Below are positions 1 through 9,119 of a stretch of 64,000 bases of DNA, piece after piece (within the stretch, counting starts at the first letter, position 1; the number at the start of each line of letters is the position of its first letter). The stretch covers positions 197,761-261,760 of the forward strand of contig DAOUJO010000003.1 in assembly GCA_034422595.1 (NCBI GenBank). Reading direction: 5' to 3'. The notes under the pieces are model-generated. The model had not been told where the DNA came from and did not search any database. It saw only the letters and a program-made list of their open reading frames with translations. The stretch is from Dehalococcoidia bacterium. Its GTDB lineage: Bacteria > Chloroflexota > Dehalococcoidia > Lucifugimonadales > Australimonadaceae. The translations under genes and the position numbers were made by a program.

Positions 1-258
1 CTCGCGGGGGTCAGTTTCGCCGGGCAGTTCGGACGCAGGCTCTGTCCTACTCTGGCGCCGCAGAAGGCTCTCTCCGGTGTCAGCTTCCGGCTTGCCACGC
101 CGGAGATACTGCACCCAGTCCTCCGGCTCCTTCATCAGCACGATGTCTCCGTCCACGACGGCTGCCGCTAACCTGTCTCCAGGGCTGATGCTCACCTCCC
201 TGAGGATGGCGACGGGTATGGTGACCTGGTTCTTGCTGCTGACGGTTATCGTGCGCAT
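1..258 (-). CDS. AbrB/MazE/SpoVT-type antitoxin-like DNA-binding protein; its 3' end runs off the window
   Basis: Absent from the ORF track because it is open-ended. ATG at 258-256 on the minus strand. Translation MRTITVSSKNQVTIPVAILREVSISPGDRLAAAVVDGDIVLMKEPEDW... stays open to position 1. The KNQVTIP...GD pattern is the SpoVT-AbrB signature. GAGG lies about 8 nt upstream. Confidence 0.5.
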   Translation of the reverse strand, partial: MRTITVSSKNQVTIPVAILREVSISPGDRLAAAVVDGDIVLMKEPEDWVQYLRRGKPEADTGESLLRRQSRTEPASELPGETDPRE

Positions 259-352
259 GGCAGGCCTCGGCTGCTTGGTATTCCTTACTTCCTTTGAAAG
301 TAAAGGTTTCCAAGCAGCCGGTCAAGCCCCTGCCAAAGAAGGGTGGAACCCC

Positions 353-1903
353 TTAGACGGCGCCTGCCGCCTCCGGTGAGCGGGTGGTGTCGCCCATCGC
401 GAGCAGACGGTTGAGCGCGTTCATGTAGGCCTGGGCGCACGCGACGATGATGTCCGTGTCCGCGCCGCGTCCGATGTACGGCTTGCCGTCCTGTTCGATG
501 CGGATGCTCACCTCGCCGATGGCGTCGATGCCCTCCGTGACCGAGTTGACGCTGAACTCCGTCAGCTCGTTCGGCACGCCGACGATGCGGTTGATGGCCT
601 GGTAGACGGCGTCCACCGGTCCGGTGCCTGTCGCCGCGTCGGTGCGGAGCGTCCCGTCTTCGAGGGAGAGTTGGACGGTCGCGGTCGGGATCTCGCCGGT
701 GCCGCAGGTCACCTGCACGTGCTCCAGCGAGTAGGTCTCCTCGATGGCCGTGCGCTCGTTGCCCATGAGTGCGATGAGGTCGCGGTCGGTCACCTCGCGC
801 TTCTTGTCGGCGAGCTCCTTGAAGGACTCGTGCACCTTGTCGAGCTCCTCGTTGGTGAGCGCGTAGCCCAGCTCTTCGAGCCGTGAGCGCAGGCCGTGGC
901 GTCCGCTCAGCTTGCCGAGCACGAGTTCGCTCCGGGGCACCCCCACGTCCAGCGGGTTCAGTATCTCGTAAGTGGTGCGCTCCTTCAGCACGCCGTCCTG
1001 GTGGATGCCGGAGGCGTGCCGGAACGCGTTGCGCCCGATGACGGCCTTGTTCGGCTGCACCGGGAAGCCGCTCACCTGGCTCACGAGGCGGCTCGTGTTG
1101 TACAACTGCTTCGTGTCTATATCGGTGTCGACGCCGAAGTAGTCGCCGCGCGTGCGGAGCGCCATGATGACTTCCTCGACGGCGGTGTTCCCCGCGCGCT
1201 CGCCGATGCCGTTGATGCAGCCCTCGACCTGGCGGGCCCCCGCCTTGACTGCGGAGAGGCTGTTGGCGACCGACATGCCCAGGTCGTCGTGGCAGTGGAC
1301 GGAGATGCGGACGCTGTCGCCCAGCTCCGGCACCTCGGCGCGCAGGTAGGTGATGAGGCCGCCGAACTCCTCCGGCACCGCGTAGCCGACCGTGTCGGGG
1401 ATGTTGACGGTCGTCGCGCCCGCATCGACCGCTGCCCGAACCATGTGCGCGAGGAACTCGCGCTCCGTGCGACTGGAGTCCATGGGCGAGAACTCGACGT
1501 CGTCGGTGTACTCGCGCGCCCGTGAGACGGCCTTCACCGCGATCTCCACCACCTCTTCCCTGTTCTTGCGCAGCTGATGCTGGATGTGCTGGTCCGAGGA
1601 AGAGATGAAGATGTGGATGCGGGGGTGCGCCGCGTCCTTCAGCGCCTCGCCGGCACGGTCCACCGCAGCCTCGTTCGCGTGCGCGAGCGCCGCGATGATC
1701 GGCTTCCGCACCTCGCGCGCTATCGTCTGCACCGCCTCGAAGTCGCCGGGCGAACTGATGGGGAAGCCTGCCTCGATGATGTCGACGTTCAGCCGCTCGA
1801 GTTGCCTGGCGATCTCCACCTTCTCGTCCACTGTCATCCCCGCCCCGGCGGACTGTTCTCCGTCCCGGAGCGTGGTGTCGAAGATGAGCACTCGGTCTTC
1901 CAT
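353..1903 (-). CDS. leuA: 2-isopropylmalate synthase
   Basis: MEDRVLIFDTTLRDGEQSAG... HMGL-like N-terminus plus a C-terminal LeuA dimerisation/regulatory region. I prefer the ATG at 1903, preceded by GGAGG, over the track start at 1918. Confidence 0.9.
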   Translation of the reverse strand: MEDRVLIFDTTLRDGEQSAGAGMTVDEKVEIARQLERLNVDIIEAGFPISSPGDFEAVQTIAREVRKPIIAALAHANEAAVDRAGEALKDAAHPRIHIFISSSDQHIQHQLRKNREEVVEIAVKAVSRAREYTDDVEFSPMDSSRTEREFLAHMVRAAVDAGATTVNIPDTVGYAVPEEFGGLITYLRAEVPELGDSVRISVHCHDDLGMSVANSLSAVKAGARQVEGCINGIGERAGNTAVEEVIMALRTRGDYFGVDTDIDTKQLYNTSRLVSQVSGFPVQPNKAVIGRNAFRHASGIHQDGVLKERTTYEILNPLDVGVPRSELVLGKLSGRHGLRSRLEELGYALTNEELDKVHESFKELADKKREVTDRDLIALMGNERTAIEETYSLEHVQVTCGTGEIPTATVQLSLEDGTLRTDAATGTGPVDAVYQAINRIVGVPNELTEFSVNSVTEGIDAIGEVSIRIEQDGKPYIGRGADTDIIVACAQAYMNALNRLLAMGDTTRSPEAAGAV

Positions 1904-1951
1904 GTCATTCCTCCGCATACAGGCCGCTCACGGCCTCCGCTGTGCTGGCGG

Positions 1952-2947
1952 TTACTTCTTCCCCAGGAACGTCATCATCCCCCGGAGCTCCGCTCCGACG
2001 GTCTCGATCTCATGACCGGCAGCCGCCTCACGCATCGCCTTGAAGCGCGGCTGTCCTTCGTGGTTCTCGGCGATCCACTCGCGGGCGAACGAGCCGTCCT
2101 GTATCTCCTGGAGCACGCGCTTCATCTCGGCGCGGGCGTGCTCGTCGACCACCCGGGAGCCGCGGCTGTAGTCGCCGTACTCCGCCGTGTCGCTCACGGA
2201 GTAACGCATGTACTTCATGCCGCCCTCGTAGAGCAGGTCAACGATGAGCTTCAGCTCGTGCATCACCTCGAAGTAGGCGATCTCCGGCTGATACCCGGCC
2301 TCCACGAGCACCTCGAAGGCGTTCGTGATCAGGCTGGTGACGCCGCCGCAGAGCACGGTCTGCTCGCCGAAGAGGTCGGTCTCCGTCTCTTCCTTGAACG
2401 TCGTCTCCACGATGCCTGCGCGGTCCGAGCCGATGCCTGCGCCGTAGGCCAGCGCGTTCGCAAGCGCGTCGCCCGAGGCGTCCTGGTGGATCGCCACGAG
2501 CGACGGTACCCCCTGGCCATCGACGAACACCTCGCGCACCCGGTGGCCGGGCGCCTTCGGAGCGATCATCGAAACGTCCACGTCGGCGGGAGGGTTTATC
2601 TCCCCGAAGTGGATGTTGAAGCCGTGCGCGAACATCAGCGTCTTGGAGCTGTCCAGGTTCGGTTCGATGGACTCCGTGTAGATGCTGCGCTGCGCGGTGT
2701 CCGGCGCCAGCACCATGATGACGTCGCTCTCCTTCGTGGCTTCCGCCGGAGTGGCGACCCGCAGGCCCTCGGCCTCAGCCTTCGCGCGGCTGGCGCTGGT
2801 CGGCAGCAAGCCAACCGTCACGTCGACACCGTTGTCGCGCAGGTTGAGCGCGTGCGCATGCCCCTGGCTGCCGTAGCCGATAACGCCGACGCGCTTGCCG
2901 CTCAACCGGCTGATGTCGGCATCTTCCTTGTAGTACACCTTCGCCAT
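1952..2947 (-). CDS. ilvC: ketol-acid reductoisomerase
   Basis: [40 protein letters not shown]... is a classic class I KARI. GAGGAGGAG RBS upstream. Confidence 0.95.
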   Translation of the reverse strand: MAKVYYKEDADISRLSGKRVGVIGYGSQGHAHALNLRDNGVDVTVGLLPTSASRAKAEAEGLRVATPAEATKESDVIMVLAPDTAQRSIYTESIEPNLDSSKTLMFAHGFNIHFGEINPPADVDVSMIAPKAPGHRVREVFVDGQGVPSLVAIHQDASGDALANALAYGAGIGSDRAGIVETTFKEETETDLFGEQTVLCGGVTSLITNAFEVLVEAGYQPEIAYFEVMHELKLIVDLLYEGGMKYMRYSVSDTAEYGDYSRGSRVVDEHARAEMKRVLQEIQDGSFAREWIAENHEGQPRFKAMREAAAGHEIETVGAELRGMMTFLGKK

Positions 2948-3003
2948 ATCGCAGTCTCCTCCTCGTGTTCCGGTTCGTTGTACGTCCTTCCGTGGACGCG
3001 TTC

Positions 3004-3573
3004 TCAGGGGACGACTTCCGTATCCGGCGCGCTCCGCGCGGCGGGGACAGCCGTCTGCTTCGTACCCGCGGCCACGCCGCCACGGGTCATCGCTACCCGT
3101 CCTGTACGCATCGTCTCGCGGACGCCGAAGGGCTGAAGGAGCTTGATGAGCGCGTCTATCTTCCCCTCGTCGCCTGTCACCTCGACGATGACCGTGTCGT
3201 TGCCCACATCCACGATGCCTGCGCGGAAGATGTCCACGATCTGCATGATCTCCGCGCGGTTGTCCTTGTTGGACTTCACCTTGAGCAGGGCCATCTCGCG
3301 CACGACGCTGCTCTCCGACGAGATGTTCGTGACTCGCACGACGTCTATGAGCTTGTAGAGCTGCTTCGTCACCTGCTCCACCACCCAGTCCCCGCCCTCG
3401 ACGACGAACGTCATGCGGGAGAGCCCCGCCGTCTCACTGTGACCGACCGCCAGGCTGGAGATGTTGAACCCGCGCCGCGAGAACAGTCCCGCGACGCGCG
3501 CCAGCACCCCCGGCTTGTCGTGGACCAGCGCCGTAATGGTGTGGACGCGCCCGTTCAGGCTTACGTCAGCCAT
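3004..3573 (-). CDS. ilvN: acetolactate synthase small (regulatory) subunit
   Basis: ACT-domain sequence [44 protein letters not shown]... The ATG at 3573 overlaps the ilvB stop by 13 nt. The Arg-rich 5' extension of track ORF 3004..4095 lies inside ilvB and was rejected. Confidence 0.9.
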   Translation of the reverse strand: MADVSLNGRVHTITALVHDKPGVLARVAGLFSRRGFNISSLAVGHSETAGLSRMTFVVEGGDWVVEQVTKQLYKLIDVVRVTNISSESSVVREMALLKVKSNKDNRAEIMQIVDIFRAGIVDVGNDTVIVEVTGDEGKIDALIKLLQPFGVRETMRTGRVAMTRGGVAAGTKQTAVPAARSAPDTEVVP

Positions 3574-5261
3574 GACAGCGCTCCCTGCCCAGCGGGCGAT
3601 TCGATCATCTCGAACACGCTCTCTCCTGCGGGAACGTGCGGGTACACGTTCTCCTCCGGTTCCACGTGGAAATCGATGATGGCCGGCCCGTCCACGGCAG
3701 CAGCCTCTTCCAGGGCTGACCGCACCTGCGGCTCGTCCGTCACGTGCTTCGCCCATATGCCGTAGGCCTCGGCGATCTTTACGAAGTCCGGGTTGCCGGT
3801 ATAGCCGGACGCCACGCGCGAGCCCCCGTAGAACAGGTCCTGCAGCTGCCGCACGAGGCCAAGGTTGTTGTTGTTCAGGACGGCGAACTTCACCGGCACG
3901 TTGTGCTCCACGATGGTCGCCAGTTCGGACATCGTCATCTGGAAGCCGCCGTCTCCGGCGATGCTCCACACCTGCCGGTTGGGCTGTGCAAAAGCGGCGC
4001 CCATCGCCGCGGGCACCTCGAACCCCATCGTCCCCAGCCCGCCGGACGTTATCCAGGAGCCGGGCTCCTTGAACACGTAGTGCTGGGCCGCCCACATCTG
4101 GTGCTGCCCCACGCCCGTAACGACGATGGCGCGACCGTCCGTGACGTCACACAGTTCGCGGACGACGTGCTGCGGACGGAGCCCGCTGCCCTCGCCGGAA
4201 CCCAGGGGATGCCCGGCACGCAGCGCGTCTATCTCCGACATCCATTCGGGACGCGACACCTGCTCCACCTGCTTGGCGAGCGCGTGCAACACGCGCTTCG
4301 CGTCGCCGACGATCGGCACCGTCACGCGTACGTTCTTGCCGACCTCGGCGGGGTCTATGTCTATGTGGATGACCTTCGCGTTCGGCGCGAAGGCGCTCAA
4401 CCTGCCCGTGACCCGGTCGTCGAACCGCATCCCGACCCCGATGATGAGGTCGGCGCGGTCTATCGCCCAGTTGTTGTACGCCTGCCCGTGCATCCCAGGC
4501 ATGCCCATGCTCAGGACGTGCTCGCCGGAGAAGCTGCCGATGCCGAGCAGCGTCGTGATGACAGGTATCTGCGCCTTCTCCGCAATCTCGCGCACCTCTG
4601 CGAACGCGCCGGAGATGATCGCGCCGTGCCCCACCATGAGCAGGGGGCGCTGCGAGTCCGCGATGAGTTGCGCGGCGCGCTTGATCATCTGCCCATGCCC
4701 CTCCATCGTCGGTTTGTAGGAGGGGAGGTCGACGTGCTCCGGGTAGTCGAAGTCGTCGCTCTCGGTGAGCACGTCGCGCGGCAGGTCGATGAGCACCGGG
4801 CCGGGACGTCCCGTGCGTGCGATGTGGAACGCCTCGCTCATGATGCGCGGGATGTCCGCCGTGTCCATGACGAGGTAGTTGTGCTTGGTGATGGGCAGCG
4901 TGATGCCGGTGGTGTCGGTCTCCTGGAACGCGTCCCGTCCGATGGCGGCGCGCGGCACCTGCCCCGTGATCGCCACGACAGGCACGGAGTCCATCATCGC
5001 GGTCGCGAGCGGCGTGACGAGGTTCGTCGCCCCGGGCCCCGAGGTCGCGACGGCGACGCCCACCTTGCCGGACGCGCGTGCATAGCCGTCCGCTGCATGG
5101 CCGGCGTTCTGCTCGTGCCGAACGAGGATGTGCCGCAGCTGCGGGTACTCGGGCAGCGTCTGGTAGAGCGGCAGTATCGCGCCGCCGGGGAGGCCGAACA
5201 TGACGTCCGTCCCCTCCCGCACCAGGCTTTCGCAAACCATCTGTGCGCCTGTCAAACGCAA
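3561..5261 (-). CDS. ilvB: acetolactate synthase large (catalytic) subunit, ThDP-dependent
   Basis: MRLTGAQMVCESLVREGTDVMFGLPGGAILPLY... with a GDGGFQM ThDP motif. TTG start at 5261 with an AAAGGTGA RBS. Confidence 0.95.
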   Translation of the reverse strand: MRLTGAQMVCESLVREGTDVMFGLPGGAILPLYQTLPEYPQLRHILVRHEQNAGHAADGYARASGKVGVAVATSGPGATNLVTPLATAMMDSVPVVAITGQVPRAAIGRDAFQETDTTGITLPITKHNYLVMDTADIPRIMSEAFHIARTGRPGPVLIDLPRDVLTESDDFDYPEHVDLPSYKPTMEGHGQMIKRAAQLIADSQRPLLMVGHGAIISGAFAEVREIAEKAQIPVITTLLGIGSFSGEHVLSMGMPGMHGQAYNNWAIDRADLIIGVGMRFDDRVTGRLSAFAPNAKVIHIDIDPAEVGKNVRVTVPIVGDAKRVLHALAKQVEQVSRPEWMSEIDALRAGHPLGSGEGSGLRPQHVVRELCDVTDGRAIVVTGVGQHQMWAAQHYVFKEPGSWITSGGLGTMGFEVPAAMGAAFAQPNRQVWSIAGDGGFQMTMSELATIVEHNVPVKFAVLNNNNLGLVRQLQDLFYGGSRVASGYTGNPDFVKIAEAYGIWAKHVTDEPQVRSALEEAAAVDGPAIIDFHVEPEENVYPHVPAGESVFEMIESPAGQGALSWLT

Positions 5262-5325
5262 GATCGACTCACCTTTCCCTTTCGTTCAACCGATCATTCC
5301 GTAACCGGAGCGCCCCTCCGAAGGT

Positions 5326-5357
5326 AAAAAAAGACCCGCCCCATGAAGGGACGGGCC
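5326..5357 (-). terminator. intrinsic terminator of the T-box leader
   Basis: Minus strand reads GGCCCGUCCC-UUCAU-GGGGCGGGUC followed by UUUUUUU, immediately 3' of the T-box sequence. Confidence 0.75.
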
Positions 5358-5584
5358 GTTAACCCGCGGTACCACCCTACTTCCCCGGCTCCCGAAGGGC
5401 CAAGGCAGCTTTGCCTGCGCGGTAACGGCGCGCTCCGCTGGCCCTACTTTGCTGTTCAGGCCAGCCGCTCGGGGACGAGTTCAGGGGGGCTTGTCCATCG
5501 CCGGTCTCGCACCAGAATGACCGGCTCTCTGAGATGCGCTTGCCCCGTACTACTTCCCTTCTCAGCGGAACGGATGTAATAAGC
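5326..5584 (-). promoter_or_regulatory. T-box leader (tRNA-sensing riboswitch), leucine specifier CUC, controlling ilvBNC-leuA
   Basis: Minus strand carries the T-box sequence AGUAGGGUGGUACCGCGGG (plus 5365..5377 = cgcggtaccaccc). Stem I shows an AGAGA bulge and a GGUGCGAGA distal loop. The specifier loop has AGUAGUA on the 5' side and UGAA-CUC-G on the 3' side (CUC = plus 5477..5479). The UGGU bulge would pair with a discriminator A, as in tRNA-Leu. Confidence 0.8.
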
Positions 5585-5590
5585 CCATAT

Positions 5591-5620
5591 ATTCTAGTAC
5601 AGAGTCTCACGTCGAGTCAA
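5591..5620 (-). promoter_or_regulatory. sigma-70-type promoter for the ilv-leu leader
   Basis: Minus strand has TTGACT (5620..5615), an 18-nt spacer, then TAGAAT (5596..5591), just upstream of the T-box stem I. Confidence 0.6.
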
Positions 5621-5682
5621 CTTACAGGCGTGAGTGGTGCAGAAGGGCGCGTCACGGCTCTGAACACGCTAGACTGTCCGCC

Positions 5683-6477
5683 ATGTTGGACCGTCTGGAA
5701 AGAGCCCTCGCCCGCGCACGGGACCAGGGACGCACCGCCCTCGTGCCGTACGTCACCATCGGCTTTCCTTCGCTGGACGACACGCTCGCCATCGTCCCGG
5801 CCATCGAACAGGCGGGAGCGGACGCTCTCGAACTCGGGGTGCCGTACAGCGACCCGCTTGCGGACGGACCCACGGTACAGGCGGCGAGCTACCGTGCATT
5901 GACCGGCGGCGTGGACACCCACGTCTGTCTGGAGATGGCGCGCCGTCTCCGGGACGCCGGAGTGAGCCTGCCGTTCATCTTCATGGGCTACTACAATCCC
6001 ATCCTGCGTTACGGCATCGCCGCATACGCCGCGGACTGCGCGGATGCGGGAGTGGACGCGCTCATCATCCCCGACCTGCCGCCGGACGAGGCGGGCGAAC
6101 TGCGCGAGGCGCTGGAGCAGCACGGGCTGGGCATCGTGAGCATGCTCGCGCCCACCAGCACCGAGGAGCGCATCGTGCTCGGCTGCGAGCATGCACGAGG
6201 GTTCGTCTACTGCGTCAGCGTCACCGGCGTGACGGGCGCTCGGAGCGACCTGCCGGACGATTTCCCGGAGTTCGTGACGCGGGTGCGGCGGCACACGGAG
6301 CTGCCCGTGGGGGTCGGCTTCGGCATCTCAGAGCGGCGGCACGTGGAGCGCGTGGGGAAGGTCGCGGACGTCGCGGTCGTTGGAAGCGCGCTCATCAACG
6401 TGATAGATTCCGCCCCGCCCGGCGAGGCGGCCTCCCGGGCTGGCGCGTTCGTACGGGAGCTTGCTGCGGCGCAGTGA
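5683..6477 (+). CDS. trpA: tryptophan synthase alpha chain
   Basis: MLDRLERALARARDQGRTALVPYVTIGFPSLDDTLAIVPAIEQAGADALELGVPYSDPLADGPTVQ... is a canonical TrpA. Confidence 0.9.
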   Translation: MLDRLERALARARDQGRTALVPYVTIGFPSLDDTLAIVPAIEQAGADALELGVPYSDPLADGPTVQAASYRALTGGVDTHVCLEMARRLRDAGVSLPFIFMGYYNPILRYGIAAYAADCADAGVDALIIPDLPPDEAGELREALEQHGLGIVSMLAPTSTEERIVLGCEHARGFVYCVSVTGVTGARSDLPDDFPEFVTRVRRHTELPVGVGFGISERRHVERVGKVADVAVVGSALINVIDSAPPGEAASRAGAFVRELAAAQ

Positions 6478-6538
6478 CGCCGGGGCAGATGCGTGCGGTT
6501 GTGCCGTTCCCGTCCGTGGAGTGAGTGGAGAGAGCACC

Positions 6539-6904
6539 ATGCCGACCCTTGGACTGCGCGGCGCAACGACAGCCGACGCCAATACGCCCGAGGCGATCCT
6601 CGACGCCGCCGAGGAGCTGTTGCGCGAACTCGCGACAGCCAATGACCTTGTCGAGGAGGACATCGGCGCGGTATTCTTTACCGTAACCGCAGACCTCACC
6701 GCGGAGTTCCCGGCCAAAGCGGCGCGCTTGCGGCTGGGATGGGAGCAGACGGCGCTGATGGACAGCTGCGAGATTCCGGTGCCGGGTGCCCCGGAGTCCG
6801 TTATCCGGGTGCTCCTGCTCCTGAATACCGAGAAGCGGAAAGAGGACCTGCGGTACGTCTACCTGAAGGGCGCCCGTGACCTGCGGTCGCCCGGCAGCAG
6901 ATGA
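6539..6904 (+). CDS. aroH: chorismate mutase, AroH (monofunctional B. subtilis) type
   Basis: MPTLGLRGATTADANTPEAIL...TVTADLTAEFPAKAAR...IRVLLLLNT...YVYLKGARDLRS resembles B. subtilis AroH (IRGIRGATT...FPAKAVR...). ATG at 6539 after GGAGAGAG. The track start at 6461 is inside trpA. Confidence 0.8.
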   Translation: MPTLGLRGATTADANTPEAILDAAEELLRELATANDLVEEDIGAVFFTVTADLTAEFPAKAARLRLGWEQTALMDSCEIPVPGAPESVIRVLLLLNTEKRKEDLRYVYLKGARDLRSPGSR

Positions 6905-7091
6905 ACCGGCGGAGGAGATGCGCACAACGCTCGCAACCGAGTCTCGCATCCGTGGAGTCCGGGCCCTCGACTGGACCCGGCGGTTCTTCCTGTTTACGCG
7001 GCGGGGCAGCGCCAGCTACAGCTATCGCTAGGCTCCGCGTTCGTTCTTTTCCGCCTTCCGCATCGTCAGAGTAAAGAAAGGGGATTGCGTC

Positions 7092-8153
7092 ATGGCGCGT
7101 TCCGTTACCGACCTGCATATCAAATCGATAGAACCGCTCGCTCCGCCGGAGGAGCTCCAGCGCAGCCTGCCACTCACGCCCGCGATGGCCCAGACCGTCG
7201 CCGAAGGGCGTGACCAGGTGGAGCGCATCCTGACCGGCGAGGACCCACGCCTGCTCGTCATCGCGGGCCCGTGCTCGATCCACGACGAGAAGGCTGCGCT
7301 CGAGTACGCCGGCAGACTGGGCGAGCTCGCCGTGCGGATGAGCGACTCGCTCCTCATCATCATGCGTGTCTACTTCGAGAAGCCGCGTACCAGCCTCGGC
7401 TGGAAGGGCCTCATCAACGACCCGAACCTCGACGGCTCATTCGACATATCGAGCGGCCTCTACCGCGCCCGAAAGCTGCTCATGCATCTGGCCGAGATGG
7501 GCGTACTGGCCGGGACCGAGTTCCTGGACCCCATCACACCCCAGTACCTTGCCGACCTCGTGTCGTGGGCCGCCATCGGCGCGCGCACGACCGAGAGCCA
7601 GACGCACCGGGAGATGGCCAGCGGACTCAGCATGCCCGTCGGCTTCAAGAACGGCACGGACGGCAACTCCCAGATCGCCATCGACGCGATGAAGACGTCC
7701 CGCGCTCCGCACTCTTTTCTCGGGATAGACCGGCAGGGACGCACCTGCATCGTCAACACGAACGGCAACCCCTACAGCCACCTCATCCTGCGCGGTGGCT
7801 CCGGCGGTCCCAACTACACCGAGGAGAGCGTGCGCGACGTGCAGGCGAAGCTCGAGGCGGCGGGACTGCCCCCGCGCATCATGGTCGACTGCTCCCATGC
7901 CAACTCGGAGAAGGACCACAACCGGCAGCCCATCGCCTTCCGCGACGTGGTGCGCCAGCGCCGCGCGGGCAACGACCTCATCGTCGGACTCATGGCGGAG
8001 AGCCACCTCTTCGGCGGACGGCAGGACCTCGGCGACGACCCGTCGCAGCTCCAATACGGCGTCTCCATCACCGACGCCTGCATGGACTGGGAAGAGACCG
8101 CGGCGATGCTTACCGAGGCGCACGAGGCACTCGCTATCGAGCCTGTCGCCTGA
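7092..8153 (+). CDS. aroG: 3-deoxy-7-phosphoheptulonate (DAHP) synthase, class I
   Basis: ...RLLVIAGPCSIHDEKAALEYAGRL...GARTTESQTHREMASGLSMPVGFKNGTDG... is an AroF/G/H-type sequence. Which isozyme it is cannot be told. Confidence 0.9.
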   Translation: MARSVTDLHIKSIEPLAPPEELQRSLPLTPAMAQTVAEGRDQVERILTGEDPRLLVIAGPCSIHDEKAALEYAGRLGELAVRMSDSLLIIMRVYFEKPRTSLGWKGLINDPNLDGSFDISSGLYRARKLLMHLAEMGVLAGTEFLDPITPQYLADLVSWAAIGARTTESQTHREMASGLSMPVGFKNGTDGNSQIAIDAMKTSRAPHSFLGIDRQGRTCIVNTNGNPYSHLILRGGSGGPNYTEESVRDVQAKLEAAGLPPRIMVDCSHANSEKDHNRQPIAFRDVVRQRRAGNDLIVGLMAESHLFGGRQDLGDDPSQLQYGVSITDACMDWEETAAMLTEAHEALAIEPVA

Positions 8154-8173
8154 CCCTCGCATGGAGCGCCTTC

Positions 8174-9118
8174 GTGCCCGACCTCTGTGAGGAGCTGACC
8201 GCATACCGGCCCGACCGACCGGCGGCTGTCGCGTTCGGCGTGTTCGACGGGGTGCACCTAGGGCATCAGCACGTGCTCGCCACGCTGGTCAGAGCGGCGG
8301 AGGAACGCGGGCTTGCGCCCGTGGCTGTCACGCTCTCGAACCATCCGCTCTCCGTGCTTCGTCCGGACGTGCAGGTGCGGATGCTCACATCGTTGGACGA
8401 GCGGCTCAGTCTTCTCGCGGACTCAGGCGTCGAGGCGGTCGTGCCCGTCACGTTCACGAAGGAAGTATCGCTGCTTACGCCCCGCCAGTTCATGACGATG
8501 CTGCGCGACTGCCTCGGCATGGCGCACTTCGCCGCTGGGCCGGATGTCACCCTCGGCCACAACCGGGAGGGGACGCTCCCCGTGCTGGAAGCGCTGGGGG
8601 ACGAGCTCGGCTACACGATGGAGTGCGTCGAGCAGCTCACGCTCGACGGAGAACCCGCCCGCAGCACCGCAGTGCGGCAGGCGCTGGAAGCGGGCAATGT
8701 CGCCGACGCCGCGCGGATGCTGGGGCGTCCGTTCGCGCTGGAAGGCCCGGTCGTCGAGGGCGAGCACAGGGGCGGCGGGCTGCTCGGCTACCCCACGGCC
8801 AACCTCGGCGTGGAGGCGCAGCAGGCGGTTCCCGCAGACGGCATCTACGCTGGGTGGCTACTGCGCGGGACGGACCGGCTACCTGCAGCCGTGAGCATCG
8901 GGCACAAGCCCACGTTCCACGAGGGCGGGCCGAGCGTTGTCGAGGCGTTCGTTCTCGATTTCGACGGCAACCTGTACGGCGAACAGGTACGACTGGAGTT
9001 CGTCGAACACCTGCGCGGGCAGGAGAAGTTCGACGGCGCCGACGCGCTCATCGCCGCCATGCGCGACGACGTAGCCCGCACGAGGCGTATCCTTGCGCTG
9101 GCGCAGGAGGCGTCCTGA
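8174..9118 (+). CDS. ribF: bifunctional riboflavin kinase / FAD synthetase
   Basis: AFGVFDGVHLGHQHVL... FAD-synthetase N-terminus and GEHRGGGLLGYPTANL...GHKPTFHEG kinase C-terminus. There is no ATG, so I take the GTG at 8174. The start is uncertain. The track ORF from 7271 overlaps aroG. Confidence 0.85.
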   Translation: MPDLCEELTAYRPDRPAAVAFGVFDGVHLGHQHVLATLVRAAEERGLAPVAVTLSNHPLSVLRPDVQVRMLTSLDERLSLLADSGVEAVVPVTFTKEVSLLTPRQFMTMLRDCLGMAHFAAGPDVTLGHNREGTLPVLEALGDELGYTMECVEQLTLDGEPARSTAVRQALEAGNVADAARMLGRPFALEGPVVEGEHRGGGLLGYPTANLGVEAQQAVPADGIYAGWLLRGTDRLPAAVSIGHKPTFHEGGPSVVEAFVLDFDGNLYGEQVRLEFVEHLRGQEKFDGADALIAAMRDDVARTRRILALAQEAS

Positions 9119-9119
9119 C

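Noticed and set aside
1577-3136. Long plus-strand ORF (519 aa) and similar giants: 10775..13840 (+), 15165..17183 (-), 24313..26007 (+), 25685..27340 (+), 40328..42460 (+), 46002..47252 (-), 54125..56251 (+), 54603..56405 (-) and 56333..59509 (+).
   Set aside because: All lie antisense to, or out of frame with, genes that have unmistakable conserved protein sequences. Their products are Arg/Ala/Gly/Pro/His-rich low-complexity strings with no recognisable motifs. These are the shadow ORFs expected in GC-rich DNA.
3574-4095. N-terminal 174-aa extension of the ilvN ORF (track 3004..4095).
   Set aside because: The extension overlaps ilvB in another frame and is Arg-rich nonsense. The ACT-domain protein begins at the ATG at 3573, which overlaps the ilvB stop.
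6905-7091. Possible attenuator or riboswitch upstream of the DAHP synthase gene.
   Set aside because: I can see only a modest GC hairpin and no T-box or other recognisable motif. The evidence is not enough to call a feature.
7271-8173. 5' extension of the ribF ORF (track 7271..9118, 615 aa).
   Set aside because: The extension lies entirely within aroG in another frame and is Arg/Pro-rich. The FAD-synthetase homology starts just after 8174.
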